Positions 1 to 9,266 of a DNA stretch of 64,000 nucleotides are shown one piece after another. Under the pieces are notes generated by a model, which saw only the letters and a list, made by a program, of their open reading frames with translations, ran no database searches and was not told the origin of the DNA. The stretch covers positions 7,961 through 71,960 of the IMG/VR virus record IMGVR_UViG_3300031414_000020. One strand, 5' to 3'. The stretch's first letter is position 1. Every line of letters begins with the position of its first letter. This stretch comes from a virus. Taxonomy: Duplodnaviria > Caudoviricetes. Position numbers and translations under genes: made by a program.

Positions 1-2
1 GC

Positions 3-254
3 TACGACTTCATCAGGCCGAATGGTTTGATGTCCGACACGGATCAGTGGTTCTACGAACTGCAAGGTTCATTAGCGCCCGACATGACCGAGGGTAGCAC
101 GATCAACTTCACATTGCGTGATGGCGAGATGGAGTATGGATTAACCTCCGATAACGCCCTGCATGCCTTGGCCACTGGTCAGAACGATAACCCGATTCGT
201 GTAGTGTCTTTCAAGTACTTTGATAGCGCACTGGAACCGGTTAACCTGAACTAA
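3..254 (+). CDS. Hypothetical protein, 5'-truncated by the window edge
   Basis: Frame is open from position 3 to TAA at 252-254 and is followed by a terminator hairpin. Confidence 0.6.
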   Translation, partial: YDFIRPNGLMSDTDQWFYELQGSLAPDMTEGSTINFTLRDGEMEYGLTSDNALHALATGQNDNPIRVVSFKYFDSALEPVNLN

Positions 255-264
255 AGCTACCAAT

Positions 265-292
265 AAGAAGATCCCTCGGGGGTCTTCTTTTT
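265..292 (+). terminator. Intrinsic terminator
   Basis: AAGAAGATCC-CTCGG-GGGTCTTCTT stem followed by a T-run. Confidence 0.7.
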
Positions 293-308
293 ATACCATC
301 GGAGGATT

Positions 309-677
309 ATGATGATTACTTTAGATCGTGAGCTTGAATTTAGTATCGGGACCGTTGGTCCGTACTTTTCTATCAAACTGGTGTCTACCACTGTTGCTTT
401 CGCAGATAAAAAGCTACAGTCTCTGTTGAGCAGATTAGGGTTTGTGTTCGTCGCTGCCGCCACCAAATCCGCTAGAGGGGATGGTTACGCCAGAGCAACG
501 CCTACGGCAAAGGGAAGTGTCGATATGTTGTATCCGTATCGTTTTTTCATCACGGACACTACCAACGGAAAACGGCTAAGCGTGCGTGATATCGTACACG
601 CAATGCGTCGTGGTACTGTCGATGCGTTGATCGGTCGTATTACTGTAGATGCAATTCAGGTGGTTAAATATGACTAG
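309..677 (+). CDS. Hypothetical protein (122 aa)
   Basis: GGAGG RBS upstream; its stop overlaps the start of the next ORF. Confidence 0.65.
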   Translation: MMITLDRELEFSIGTVGPYFSIKLVSTTVAFADKKLQSLLSRLGFVFVAAATKSARGDGYARATPTAKGSVDMLYPYRFFITDTTNGKRLSVRDIVHAMRRGTVDALIGRITVDAIQVVKYD

Positions 678-1113
678 CCTTCTTGAACAACTTAAAGGCG
701 TTGAGTTTCCAGAAGACGCTTCCTTTGGTACGCCAGCTGTCCGACAACTAGATACTCCCTCCATTGGTCGCGGCATGACAATGCCACAGGTGTGGTATCC
801 ACATAGCCAACCTTATGGCTACACATTCCACGGTGTTCTGACCATGTGTGATCCACTGTATTCCCCACAGATGAGTCGTACGCTAGTGGCCGGTGCAATT
901 GGTAAGTTGCTGGGCGTTTACGAAATCGATGGGCAATTACCTACCCATTTGGTTCCGTACTGTTCATACGAACATTCTTTCCGTGGGCATCGACATTCGC
1001 CCGATGTCTACGAAGGGCAATCTACCATCTACTTTGAACCATCCAGCGCAATGTCTGCGGCGATGCGTAAACTACTGGTAGCCAATATGACGCCAAAGGG
1101 ACGGTGGTGGTAA
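670..1113 (+). CDS. Hypothetical protein
   Basis: ATG at 670 overlaps the previous ORF end; stop abuts ATG 1114. Confidence 0.6.
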   Translation: MTSLLEQLKGVEFPEDASFGTPAVRQLDTPSIGRGMTMPQVWYPHSQPYGYTFHGVLTMCDPLYSPQMSRTLVAGAIGKLLGVYEIDGQLPTHLVPYCSYEHSFRGHRHSPDVYEGQSTIYFEPSSAMSAAMRKLLVANMTPKGRWW

Positions 1114-1605
1114 ATGACGACAATTGCATGGGATGGTAACATACTTGCCGCAGATAGCCGTGAGACCTCAACGGGTGCTGGGATAACTACCGACAGGGCG
1201 GTTAAGCTGCATCGCGTAGATCCAGAGACACATACTTACGATGGTGTAGGTGTCGTTGCGTTCGGCTGCGCTGGTTCAGCAGGCGGCGGTAGGATTATAA
1301 AGGCGCTTTTGCAGGAAGGACTAACTGCACTTACTGCTATACCAGAGAATATCGATTTCACTGCGATACTGGTGACGGATGATGGGTTAGCGCATTGGCT
1401 GTACACAGATGAAGACTATTCGTTTGTGTTAGGCGAACCTATTATAACAGATTCGGTTGGTTCAGGCTCCGCATACGCCAGGGCTGCAATGTCACTGGGT
1501 AAGAACGCAATTGGTGCCATACACCTTGCAATGAAATTCGATCCCTGCACTGGTGGCGAAGTAGATTCATTCGATTACTCGCTCTGGCAAGTAGGAAAAG
1601 AGTAA
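1114..1605 (+). CDS. HslV/proteasome-beta-like Ntn (threonine) peptidase
   Basis: N-terminus M-TTIA (Thr nucleophile after Met removal), AADSR, a conserved Lys, AFGCAGS and VGSGS motifs, C-terminal DxxTGG. Confidence 0.75.
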   Translation: MTTIAWDGNILAADSRETSTGAGITTDRAVKLHRVDPETHTYDGVGVVAFGCAGSAGGGRIIKALLQEGLTALTAIPENIDFTAILVTDDGLAHWLYTDEDYSFVLGEPIITDSVGSGSAYARAAMSLGKNAIGAIHLAMKFDPCTGGEVDSFDYSLWQVGKE

Positions 1606-1746
1606 AAAATTACAACCCCTTCTATTACTATGAGATGAACTCCATGTCAACTCGAAGGGTAGTGCGTGATGAAAATTGCGCATCACAAAACACCACGCTA
1701 TTCTCGAAAGGGAATAGCGTGGGACTTATTTTGCTAAGGGTAGAAA

Positions 1747-2079
1747 ATGGAACAAACTAAACAAGCGATCGCTGTCCTGAAAGTAAACCTTGCAGAGTGG
1801 CTGGGTGAAGGTAAAATGGATGGCTCACCCATTACTGTAGTGTCCGGTGGTGCAAATGATCTCGATAACCTGATGGATATTCTGGATAAGAATAACATCG
1901 GTATTGATGAAGCATCGCAGACCAATGATTGGGTTGACCTCACTCGCAGTGTCGATGATCGTGTTAGTGTGTTAACTCCTGGTTCATTTATTGTCGTGTG
2001 GGACAATGGAACCGTTTCACTGCTGGACGGTGTTACTGACGTGACTCTGGTTGACGGCCAACCCATCGTTCAGTTCTAA
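1747..2079 (+). CDS. Hypothetical protein (110 aa, acidic)
   Basis: ORF with an upstream AAGGG RBS-like site. Confidence 0.65.
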   Translation: MEQTKQAIAVLKVNLAEWLGEGKMDGSPITVVSGGANDLDNLMDILDKNNIGIDEASQTNDWVDLTRSVDDRVSVLTPGSFIVVWDNGTVSLLDGVTDVTLVDGQPIVQF

Positions 2080-2087
2080 GAACATTT

Positions 2088-2108
2088 GAGATATATATTA
2101 TCTTAGTG
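2088..2108 (+). promoter_or_regulatory. Putative phage early promoter motif (ATATATATTA)
   Basis: GAG-ATATATATTA-TCTTAGTG; one of four intergenic copies, here upstream of the gp68-like gene. Confidence 0.55.
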
Positions 2109-2140
2109 TAATGGGTTAGCGTAAGTTTTGGGGGTTTAAC

Positions 2141-3715
2141 GTGGAAATCTATCCGCTGGACAATAGCGACAAATTAACCGGTATTGTTCTTGAGCATAAT
2201 GGTAAAAGGATTGTCTCTGAGGGGAGCATCTTTGACCGCACACCTTTCCCGTCAACGGGCGAGCTGTTCATGGACATCAATGCGTTCTGGCAAACATTGC
2301 CTGACGCGACGCAAGACAAGATCATGCGGATTTATACCGACATCGAAGAAACGTTCTTAACGACGTTCAACGACTTCCGTCTGCATGAGCGTATTGTGGC
2401 ACTGGTGGCCGAACTTTATAGCTGTTGGAGTTATGCGGACCTGTCTCGATTCGTGCGACTGCATTGTAATGTGGTTATACCGAATGAGATTCAAACGGGC
2501 ATGGGTGACTACAGTAGCTCAGACCGAACTTATCTGCGTGACGATTACGTCGGGTTGATTTGTATGGTCACAGCACTGCGTCCAATGATTCCGGTGTGGA
2601 ACCTGTTTGTACGTGAGTCGAAGAAAACTTCAGGCACTCACTTCAAAGAGTTCATGGCCATGGGTTTAATCAACCACACTGAGTTGATTCAAACGCCTGA
2701 CTATGACAAGCTCCAGCGTTATGTTCGCATGAATGTGGACACAACTAAAATTACCATGTCTGCGATCGTTGCAGGTATCGGTAGTGCTGAGCTGGAAGAC
2801 TGGGTATTCGGTGTAGTACTCATTCGAAAGGTATGTGTTGGTGTTGTCATGCACAAACGACCAGATGGTCAGTTGTTCTCAGTGTACAACTCAAGCACAA
2901 ATATCGTTTCAAACATTTTCCGTCAGATCGAAACCACCCTGGCTAGTTTAGACCGTAAGTTCGATGGTCAAGTTCGTAAGAAGCCGGACGGGATGGAATA
3001 TCGTGATGACGATAAGGAATCGCAGGCAGAGAAAATCATTGTTAAGCAGCAGATCAACGATTACAAGTTCCTGCTGGCTGGTAAGTATGCGAAAGCAGTA
3101 ACAAGCGCAAGACAACTGATCGATCCTACGTTACCGGCAGACTTAGTTGATACATGCGTGAACCACCTGCGCCGTAACAACAACTATCTGCCAACAGATG
3201 GACAGATCGCGCTGACGCAGTGGGCAGTTGATGCTGCGTTGAAAGCTCGATTCATTCCAGCGTTAGAACAACCTGAGCGTGTGAACATGATCGGGTTAGC
3301 GCAGGCGTTATATTGGCACTGGGGTTTCTACGACCTGGCGTTATTATTAACAGCTACGCCTTCTGTTATGGATGACGATATGGTATTCGGTACTGAGTCT
3401 CGTAGCCGTGTTACCGTAGAACAATTCCGTATCTTGAAAGAACAGTACCCCTATTTCCACAAACGGGGTGGTGGGAAGAAAGATCTAACGGGAGAACAGC
3501 AGCGTAACGAAAACGCTGCAATGATAGCGATTGAAAAACTCTTTACGCTATTTGACGGATTGCCGTATCACCTCGATGCTCCAAAGGATCTTTTGGCACA
3601 AACAACCATGCGTCCGTATCGCAGCGGTGGTCATCTGATTCCTTCAGACATTCGTATGCAGATTGCGGCATTCATCATCAAACTCAATTATCATAAAGCA
3701 GGAGTACAGGAATAA
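2141..3715 (+). CDS. Non-virion RNAP specificity subunit, phiKZ gp68-like
   Basis: 524 aa; first gene of the block preceding the beta/beta' subunits and SF2 helicase. Call rests on synteny and size. Confidence 0.65.
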   Translation: MEIYPLDNSDKLTGIVLEHNGKRIVSEGSIFDRTPFPSTGELFMDINAFWQTLPDATQDKIMRIYTDIEETFLTTFNDFRLHERIVALVAELYSCWSYADLSRFVRLHCNVVIPNEIQTGMGDYSSSDRTYLRDDYVGLICMVTALRPMIPVWNLFVRESKKTSGTHFKEFMAMGLINHTELIQTPDYDKLQRYVRMNVDTTKITMSAIVAGIGSAELEDWVFGVVLIRKVCVGVVMHKRPDGQLFSVYNSSTNIVSNIFRQIETTLASLDRKFDGQVRKKPDGMEYRDDDKESQAEKIIVKQQINDYKFLLAGKYAKAVTSARQLIDPTLPADLVDTCVNHLRRNNNYLPTDGQIALTQWAVDAALKARFIPALEQPERVNMIGLAQALYWHWGFYDLALLLTATPSVMDDDMVFGTESRSRVTVEQFRILKEQYPYFHKRGGGKKDLTGEQQRNENAAMIAIEKLFTLFDGLPYHLDAPKDLLAQTTMRPYRSGGHLIPSDIRMQIAAFIIKLNYHKAGVQE

Positions 3716-5151
3716 TGTTTATTCGTCGCGTATTGTTTACAGAGACCGGAACCTACAACGACATGTGGGCAGCATCTTACGGTACTCGCGTTAGCGCGGA
3801 TAGCCTGGCTAAACTTCAGCACGCCACCGAACTTGGCGAGAACCTGAGCGTTCCGGCATTATCAGTTGTTGGTTCTGAGATCATGCGTCCGTCAGCGCAG
3901 GTTGAATCCAGCATCGGTATCGTCGGTGGTTGGAACGAACCTAAGTTCCGCTTCATGATGGAAATCGAGCAGACTACCTCTAACGGTAATGTGCTGGTAG
4001 ATATCCTGAGCGGTTACACTGACCACATGGGTATCACCCAAAACAACAACATGGACCCACGCATGATGTTGTTCATTAACAGCATCACGTCAGTAACGAA
4101 GATGGATCGTATCGGACCTAATGGTCAGGTGTCGTCACGTCTGCACGTTCGTGAGTCTAATCAGGTGATGCCTGGTTATTTCAATCCGGGTCGTGAAGTA
4201 AACCAGTTCTATCTGGCACCGCAGGATATCTTTGACGGTATCGGCCTGACAACAGCACTGGGCGGTATTGCTGATGCTCGTGATCTGCGTACCATCGATT
4301 CACGCAACATCGCGCTGGATGGTCCACGTCTGTCTAACCGTGCAAACAACCACAGTGGTAGTTATCTGTCTCGTGTAATGAACGGATACAAAACTGCGTT
4401 GAGTTCCGCGAGTGTGCAGGATGCTAATATGTCTAGCGTTCTCAAGACTGCGAAAGCAACCGTGGCTGACCGCAACCCCTATGACTTAGCGTCACTGGGT
4501 GCGTTGTTGAACGGCACCGACATGTCACATCGCAGTGGCGTGACTTGGGGTGAATTGCTGCGCTTCCGTCCAGACCTGGAGAACGTAACACACGTAGCGT
4601 TCAACCGTGGCATCGCTGTTACTCGTGATACCTTCATCGCACGTCGTGGTGAAAGTGAGAACTGGGACACAGTGTGTAACGAAACTGTTGTAGCACGTAT
4701 GGTAGCAAGTACGTTACCAACACTGATGAATGACGGTAAGTTTACCAAGCTGGTAGTTACCATGTCCAACGACATGCCTAACCCAAACAACGGTACTCCG
4801 TATACCATCATCGTTCACGATGCTCAGAGCTTCGCTAAGATTCTGGCACAGGACGAAAGCTATATGCGTGATGCAGTGCAGGGTGTGTGTCATCGTATTG
4901 CGACAGAACTGATGGCGGGTATTACTTTCGGCAACCAGATCTTGGGCCACCTGGAAGTATACTGTGACCTGCTGGGTGATACTGAAATTAAGGTATCTCT
5001 GAACGGTGGTCCGCTGGTTCCGTATCAGAACCCACAGTGGTGTGATGCTCTCACCACACCAATCGCTACTCTGGACTCTAACAAGCGCAGTGTTATTGCG
5101 CGTGATATCCAGGGCCTGATGGAAAACATCAACACGGTATCTTACCGCTAA
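3715..5151 (+). CDS. picA: Phage-nucleus protein-import factor PicA/Imp1 (phiKZ gp69-like)
   Basis: 478 aa, directly downstream of the gp68-like gene. Call rests on chimallivirus core synteny. Confidence 0.55.
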   Translation: MFIRRVLFTETGTYNDMWAASYGTRVSADSLAKLQHATELGENLSVPALSVVGSEIMRPSAQVESSIGIVGGWNEPKFRFMMEIEQTTSNGNVLVDILSGYTDHMGITQNNNMDPRMMLFINSITSVTKMDRIGPNGQVSSRLHVRESNQVMPGYFNPGREVNQFYLAPQDIFDGIGLTTALGGIADARDLRTIDSRNIALDGPRLSNRANNHSGSYLSRVMNGYKTALSSASVQDANMSSVLKTAKATVADRNPYDLASLGALLNGTDMSHRSGVTWGELLRFRPDLENVTHVAFNRGIAVTRDTFIARRGESENWDTVCNETVVARMVASTLPTLMNDGKFTKLVVTMSNDMPNPNNGTPYTIIVHDAQSFAKILAQDESYMRDAVQGVCHRIATELMAGITFGNQILGHLEVYCDLLGDTEIKVSLNGGPLVPYQNPQWCDALTTPIATLDSNKRSVIARDIQGLMENINTVSYR

Positions 5152-5168
5152 TTCGAAAAGGATCAATT

Positions 5169-6587
5169 ATGAGTGTTGTAGAAAAGCTGTACAATCCACT
5201 GGCGACCAGTGTCGACCTGCCGCCGGATGCTGATGGTACCCTGCGATTCCACCTCGATGAAAAGAACAGCAGTGTGGTTAAGGTTGATGGCCTGCCGCTG
5301 GTCATGCCGATTCCAGAACGTCTGCGCGGTACTGGACTGAAAGGTGTAGTTGCTTTCCATCCACTGTCTGAGAACATCATTCGTGGTGAATCTCCGGTGT
5401 TACGTAAGCTGCGTACTGCGGTGATCAATAAGATCACTAACAGTCTGTCGCTGCTGATGCTGAGCATGGTTGAGATTGCAGCAGACCTGGACTATCAACA
5501 GAAGCTGAAAGCCTCTGAGTCCGACTTCCTGCGTGCCTTACCTACCGCCGACGCAAAACTTGCGAACGCCCTGGGTAAGATCATCGACAACATCGAAGCT
5601 GAAGGTAATAACCGTCTGGTTCGTATCTTCTTCAAACGCGGTGGAATGTGGAAGGGTGATAAGTACGCACGTGTAGCAGTTGTTAGCTTCCCGCTGGTTG
5701 AAGCTGCGCACGAAGACTCCAAAGAACTGTTCGGTGTTAAGCTGCGCGTTGCAGACAAAACACAGATCCAGGCACTGCTTGAGTATCTGCTGCCAAACTC
5801 CCTGACGCCAAGCGATACGTATGACTACGGTTCAAGCAGTAAGTCTGCACCGTACTTCGACTCGCTGGTCGGCGCGTATGTTAATCTGGCTAACGCCATT
5901 AACAAGCACGCTAAGAAGCTGAAGAAACATCTGGAAGTATACGACTCTATCTATATCGATACGAGCTGGTACGACGAGATGGCTAACATCGATAAGATGG
6001 CGTTGGAAATCCCACCACTTCCGTTTAACGAAGGTGATGTCGGTATTGAAGAGAAGCACAAACAAGACGTTGCTAACGCAGCCGAAGTTGTAGCTGAAAC
6101 TCATGTCGCCGGTCGTCCTACTGTTAACTTGGCTGGTAAGTTCGCAACCGCGCTGGAAAACGATGTTGTCCCGGTTACTCAACCGCAGGCACCTTCTGCT
6201 CCAGTGACCACGCAACCTACCACACCGGGTTATAGTGCACCTGCACCACAGACAGCTGCGCCGTATGCACCGCAGCCAGCCGGTAGTTACTCTACCCCAG
6301 CTCCTGCCGCGCAGACTGTTCCAAGTGGTGGCACACTGAAGTGGAATGATGTTCAGGCAGCAAACCGTCCACAGCAGCAACAGCAGCAGGGTTACTACCC
6401 GCCGCAGAACCAGGGCTATCAACAGTCTCGCGGTTACGGTCAGCCTCAGCAGCAACAGGGTTATCCTGGCAGCAGCGGCTATCGTGACAGTGGCTACGAC
6501 AATCGTGGCTATGACTCACGCGGTGGTTATGGTTCCGGTCAGGGCTATGGTCGCGACCCTGGTCGTGTAATTGCTAGTTACAGCTAA
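5169..6587 (+). CDS. Conserved core protein (phiKZ gp70-like) with a C-terminal P/A/T linker and Q/G/Y/S/R low-complexity tail
   Basis: 472 aa; synteny; the tail composition is directly visible. Confidence 0.6.
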   Translation: MSVVEKLYNPLATSVDLPPDADGTLRFHLDEKNSSVVKVDGLPLVMPIPERLRGTGLKGVVAFHPLSENIIRGESPVLRKLRTAVINKITNSLSLLMLSMVEIAADLDYQQKLKASESDFLRALPTADAKLANALGKIIDNIEAEGNNRLVRIFFKRGGMWKGDKYARVAVVSFPLVEAAHEDSKELFGVKLRVADKTQIQALLEYLLPNSLTPSDTYDYGSSSKSAPYFDSLVGAYVNLANAINKHAKKLKKHLEVYDSIYIDTSWYDEMANIDKMALEIPPLPFNEGDVGIEEKHKQDVANAAEVVAETHVAGRPTVNLAGKFATALENDVVPVTQPQAPSAPVTTQPTTPGYSAPAPQTAAPYAPQPAGSYSTPAPAAQTVPSGGTLKWNDVQAANRPQQQQQQGYYPPQNQGYQQSRGYGQPQQQQGYPGSSGYRDSGYDNRGYDSRGGYGSGQGYGRDPGRVIASYS

Positions 6588-6598
6588 GTAACGGCATA

Positions 6599-6622
6599 AG
6601 AGGCTGGGGAAACCCAGCCTCT
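6599..6622. terminator. Bidirectional terminator between convergent genes
   Basis: AGAGGCTGGG-GAAA-CCCAGCCTCT, a perfect 10-bp stem. Confidence 0.7.
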
Positions 6623-6643
6623 ATTTACACTCTTTTTATTTTG

Positions 6644-6988
6644 TCAACTTGTGCTGTACTGATTGCGGAAGATTGCTGTCAGATTCTGAATGACCGTAAT
6701 AGACGGGATCAGGATCGTCGTATTCAAACCGGTGTAGTCAGCTGGGTTGATCATGTCGTTTACACGAAGATAAATCCAACGTAAATATTCAGGAATGTTC
6801 AGATGTCCCAACAGGCCGTAGAAGTCATAACGCCAACGCCATGCATCTCCTTCAGGGATTAGCCTGTGGTCATACCCGTCGGCGGTCTGTAAATAAATAC
6901 GATGTTGTTCAATCATACGTCTGAAGTCTTCAGTGTAGAAGATATCATCCCCAGAATCTTCGCGTAACGAGGTAACTGACAATGTCAT
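6644..6988 (-). CDS. Small baseplate-wedge-like protein (T4 gp53/LysM-like)
   Basis: 114 aa; pattern YxxDFYGLLxxLxIPxxLxWIxLRVNxMxNPxD...ILIP resembles LysM-like baseplate proteins. Confidence 0.5.
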   Translation of the reverse strand: MTLSVTSLREDSGDDIFYTEDFRRMIEQHRIYLQTADGYDHRLIPEGDAWRWRYDFYGLLGHLNIPEYLRWIYLRVNDMINPADYTGLNTTILIPSITVIQNLTAIFRNQYSTS

Positions 6989-7017
6989 ATGGAGGCCCCA
7001 CTAGATAAGGATATCTT

Positions 7018-7038
7018 GAAATACATATTATTAAAGGG
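7018..7038 (+). promoter_or_regulatory. Putative phage early promoter motif (ATACATATTA)
   Basis: GAA-ATACATATTA upstream of the nvRNAP beta-like gene. Confidence 0.5.
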
Positions 7039-7079
7039 CTAAGTATTAAACAGTGGTAGCGTAATCGTGAGGATCTTAC

Positions 7080-9266
7080 GTGGAAAAGCACAGTGATTTA
7101 TTTGGCGTAGAGTCCATCATTGGGAAGGCCAATGAGCTACACGTCAATAACTTGGGTGGTGGTACAAACACCAACCCGTGGGCAGCAAACGATTCAGCTT
7201 CCCGTGCTCAAATGTATACCAGTCATCTGTCTCAGGTGCCGGTAATTGCACGGCCTAGTGTTCGTCGTACTCTGACTGGGGTAGAACGCGAATACGGGCG
7301 ATACACTTTCCAACAGAAAATCCCCGAGGAGGGGCAGTTCATCCGCGTCATCGATAAGTATCCTACACAGGGTGCATATCGCTTTAGCTATAACCCGCAG
7401 AAGCTTGCGGTTTATCGGTCTAACAATCCGAAGTATCCTAATGGTGCGTACTTCGGGGTGATGGATGTCTCGACGTATAACATCCGACATCAATACTTTG
7501 GCTTTATGTATAAGCCGAAGGGTAACCGGATGAACATGTTGGTTGAAGGAGGCGAAGCCACCGAAGGGATGGTCATCGCCACTAGCCCATCCATCGATCA
7601 GCATGAGAACTATCTCACCGGTGTAAGCTCTAATATGCTCTACATGTCACTACATACGACCATTGAGGATGGTGTATTGGCAAACAGCGCCTGGTTAGAG
7701 CGCTATAAATCTGTGGGCATTGAATCGCGTGCAGGTACGTGGGGTAATCGTTGTTACCCAATCGGTCTGTATAGCTCCAATGGTGTTTACAGAGCACACC
7801 CAGAGATTGGGCAGAAGATCGCACCTCATGGTATTCTTTATGCAATCCGTGAGTATGACGAACTGCTGGCGGTTGTCGATATGACAGAGAAAGCACTCTC
7901 TGAGCCAGACTTTATCTTTGACCAACTGGTCTACGGTAAGCCAGGTGCCGAAGTTATCGACATCACTGTATTCCACGACCATAATCTGGACCGTGTGAAT
8001 AACGATGAGAAAACACCAAAAGGAATTGATGCACAAAGTCGTCGCTATTACGATGCGTTGTTCTCTCAGCAGAACAAACTCATTGACATGTATGAAACCC
8101 TCAAGCGCCAGCATGGTGAGAAACTAGTCCTGCATCCGAACTTACATCGGATGATTGTTTGGGCCTATGCCTTCACTAACCACAGGACAGTTCAACAGCC
8201 AGATGGTGCGCGCGTTAACATGACGTATCGTCGTGCGCCAGTAGGTGACTTCCGAACTGAGATAGTGTTTAAGTATGACATTGTCCCGTCTGTTGGTTCG
8301 AAGGTAACTACGATGCATGGCGGTAAAGGCGTCATCGTGCAGATTCGTAAACCTGAAGACATGCCACGCTGGCCTGATGGTACCACCGCTGATCTCGTTA
8401 TGGATAATGACTCCAACATCAAAAGGATGAACTTGGGTGGTGTGTTCGAACAGGCAACGAATGCCTTTGGTGCACAGATGACACGCCGTGTTCATGAGAT
8501 CATGGGTGTGAAAGGTGTGGTAGCTACCGCTGGTGTGGGTGGATCGCTGAACAACCAGTCACTGGTAGACCAGGCTTATGAAGAGTTGATGGAGTTTTAC
8601 GGTATCGCTAGCCCATACATGGCAGAGCTGATGCGCCGTGAGATTTCACATAACCCAACGTATCGCACGAGTCATGTAACTGCGGTCTGTAACGACGGTA
8701 TCTATTTGTGGCTTCCACCGCACACTGAAGATATCGGTGCAACCATCATCGATCGCCTGGAATCTCGTTATGGACTGGAAATGCATCCAGTTACGTATCG
8801 TGACTCTAACGGTCAGTTTACTACGACCAAGCAGAAGATGTTGATCGGTGAGACCTACATCATCATGCTGGAGAAGAATGGTTTCGACTGGAGTTCTGTT
8901 GCGTCACCAAAACGTCAACACTTCGGTATCCTTGCCCGTATGACCAATATGGACAAGCACTCAACTCCTGGTCGTGAAAATGCTGTACGTATTACCGGCG
9001 AGGCAGAGATTCGTCTTCTGTCGGCACTTGTACCGGACTATGTCGTTGCTGACTTGCTCGACCGTCCGAATAACCCAGCTGCTCATAAAGCAGAAGTTCG
9101 TAGCATCCTTGAGGCTAAGAACCCTGCTCAGATTGAACTGGCTGTGGATCGTAACAAAGTGCCGTTGGGTGGCAACCGCGCTATCCAATTCATCAAACAC
9201 ATCATGTGGTGCTGTGGTATCAGCCTGCGTAGTCTCGGTAAACGTGCTAAGGGGATCTTTAAATGA
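7080..9266 (+). CDS. Non-virion RNA polymerase beta-like subunit, C-terminal half (phiKZ gp71-73-like)
   Basis: Beta motifs: ANDSASRAQM, GSKVTTMHGGKGVI, DLVMD...RMNLG, and GEAEIRLL. Confidence 0.9.
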   Translation: MEKHSDLFGVESIIGKANELHVNNLGGGTNTNPWAANDSASRAQMYTSHLSQVPVIARPSVRRTLTGVEREYGRYTFQQKIPEEGQFIRVIDKYPTQGAYRFSYNPQKLAVYRSNNPKYPNGAYFGVMDVSTYNIRHQYFGFMYKPKGNRMNMLVEGGEATEGMVIATSPSIDQHENYLTGVSSNMLYMSLHTTIEDGVLANSAWLERYKSVGIESRAGTWGNRCYPIGLYSSNGVYRAHPEIGQKIAPHGILYAIREYDELLAVVDMTEKALSEPDFIFDQLVYGKPGAEVIDITVFHDHNLDRVNNDEKTPKGIDAQSRRYYDALFSQQNKLIDMYETLKRQHGEKLVLHPNLHRMIVWAYAFTNHRTVQQPDGARVNMTYRRAPVGDFRTEIVFKYDIVPSVGSKVTTMHGGKGVIVQIRKPEDMPRWPDGTTADLVMDNDSNIKRMNLGGVFEQATNAFGAQMTRRVHEIMGVKGVVATAGVGGSLNNQSLVDQAYEELMEFYGIASPYMAELMRREISHNPTYRTSHVTAVCNDGIYLWLPPHTEDIGATIIDRLESRYGLEMHPVTYRDSNGQFTTTKQKMLIGETYIIMLEKNGFDWSSVASPKRQHFGILARMTNMDKHSTPGRENAVRITGEAEIRLLSALVPDYVVADLLDRPNNPAAHKAEVRSILEAKNPAQIELAVDRNKVPLGGNRAIQFIKHIMWCCGISLRSLGKRAKGIFK

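Noticed and set aside
5832-6455. 207-aa minus-strand Leu/Arg-rich ORF
   Set aside because: Shadow of the CAG/CCG low-complexity region of the gp70-like gene.
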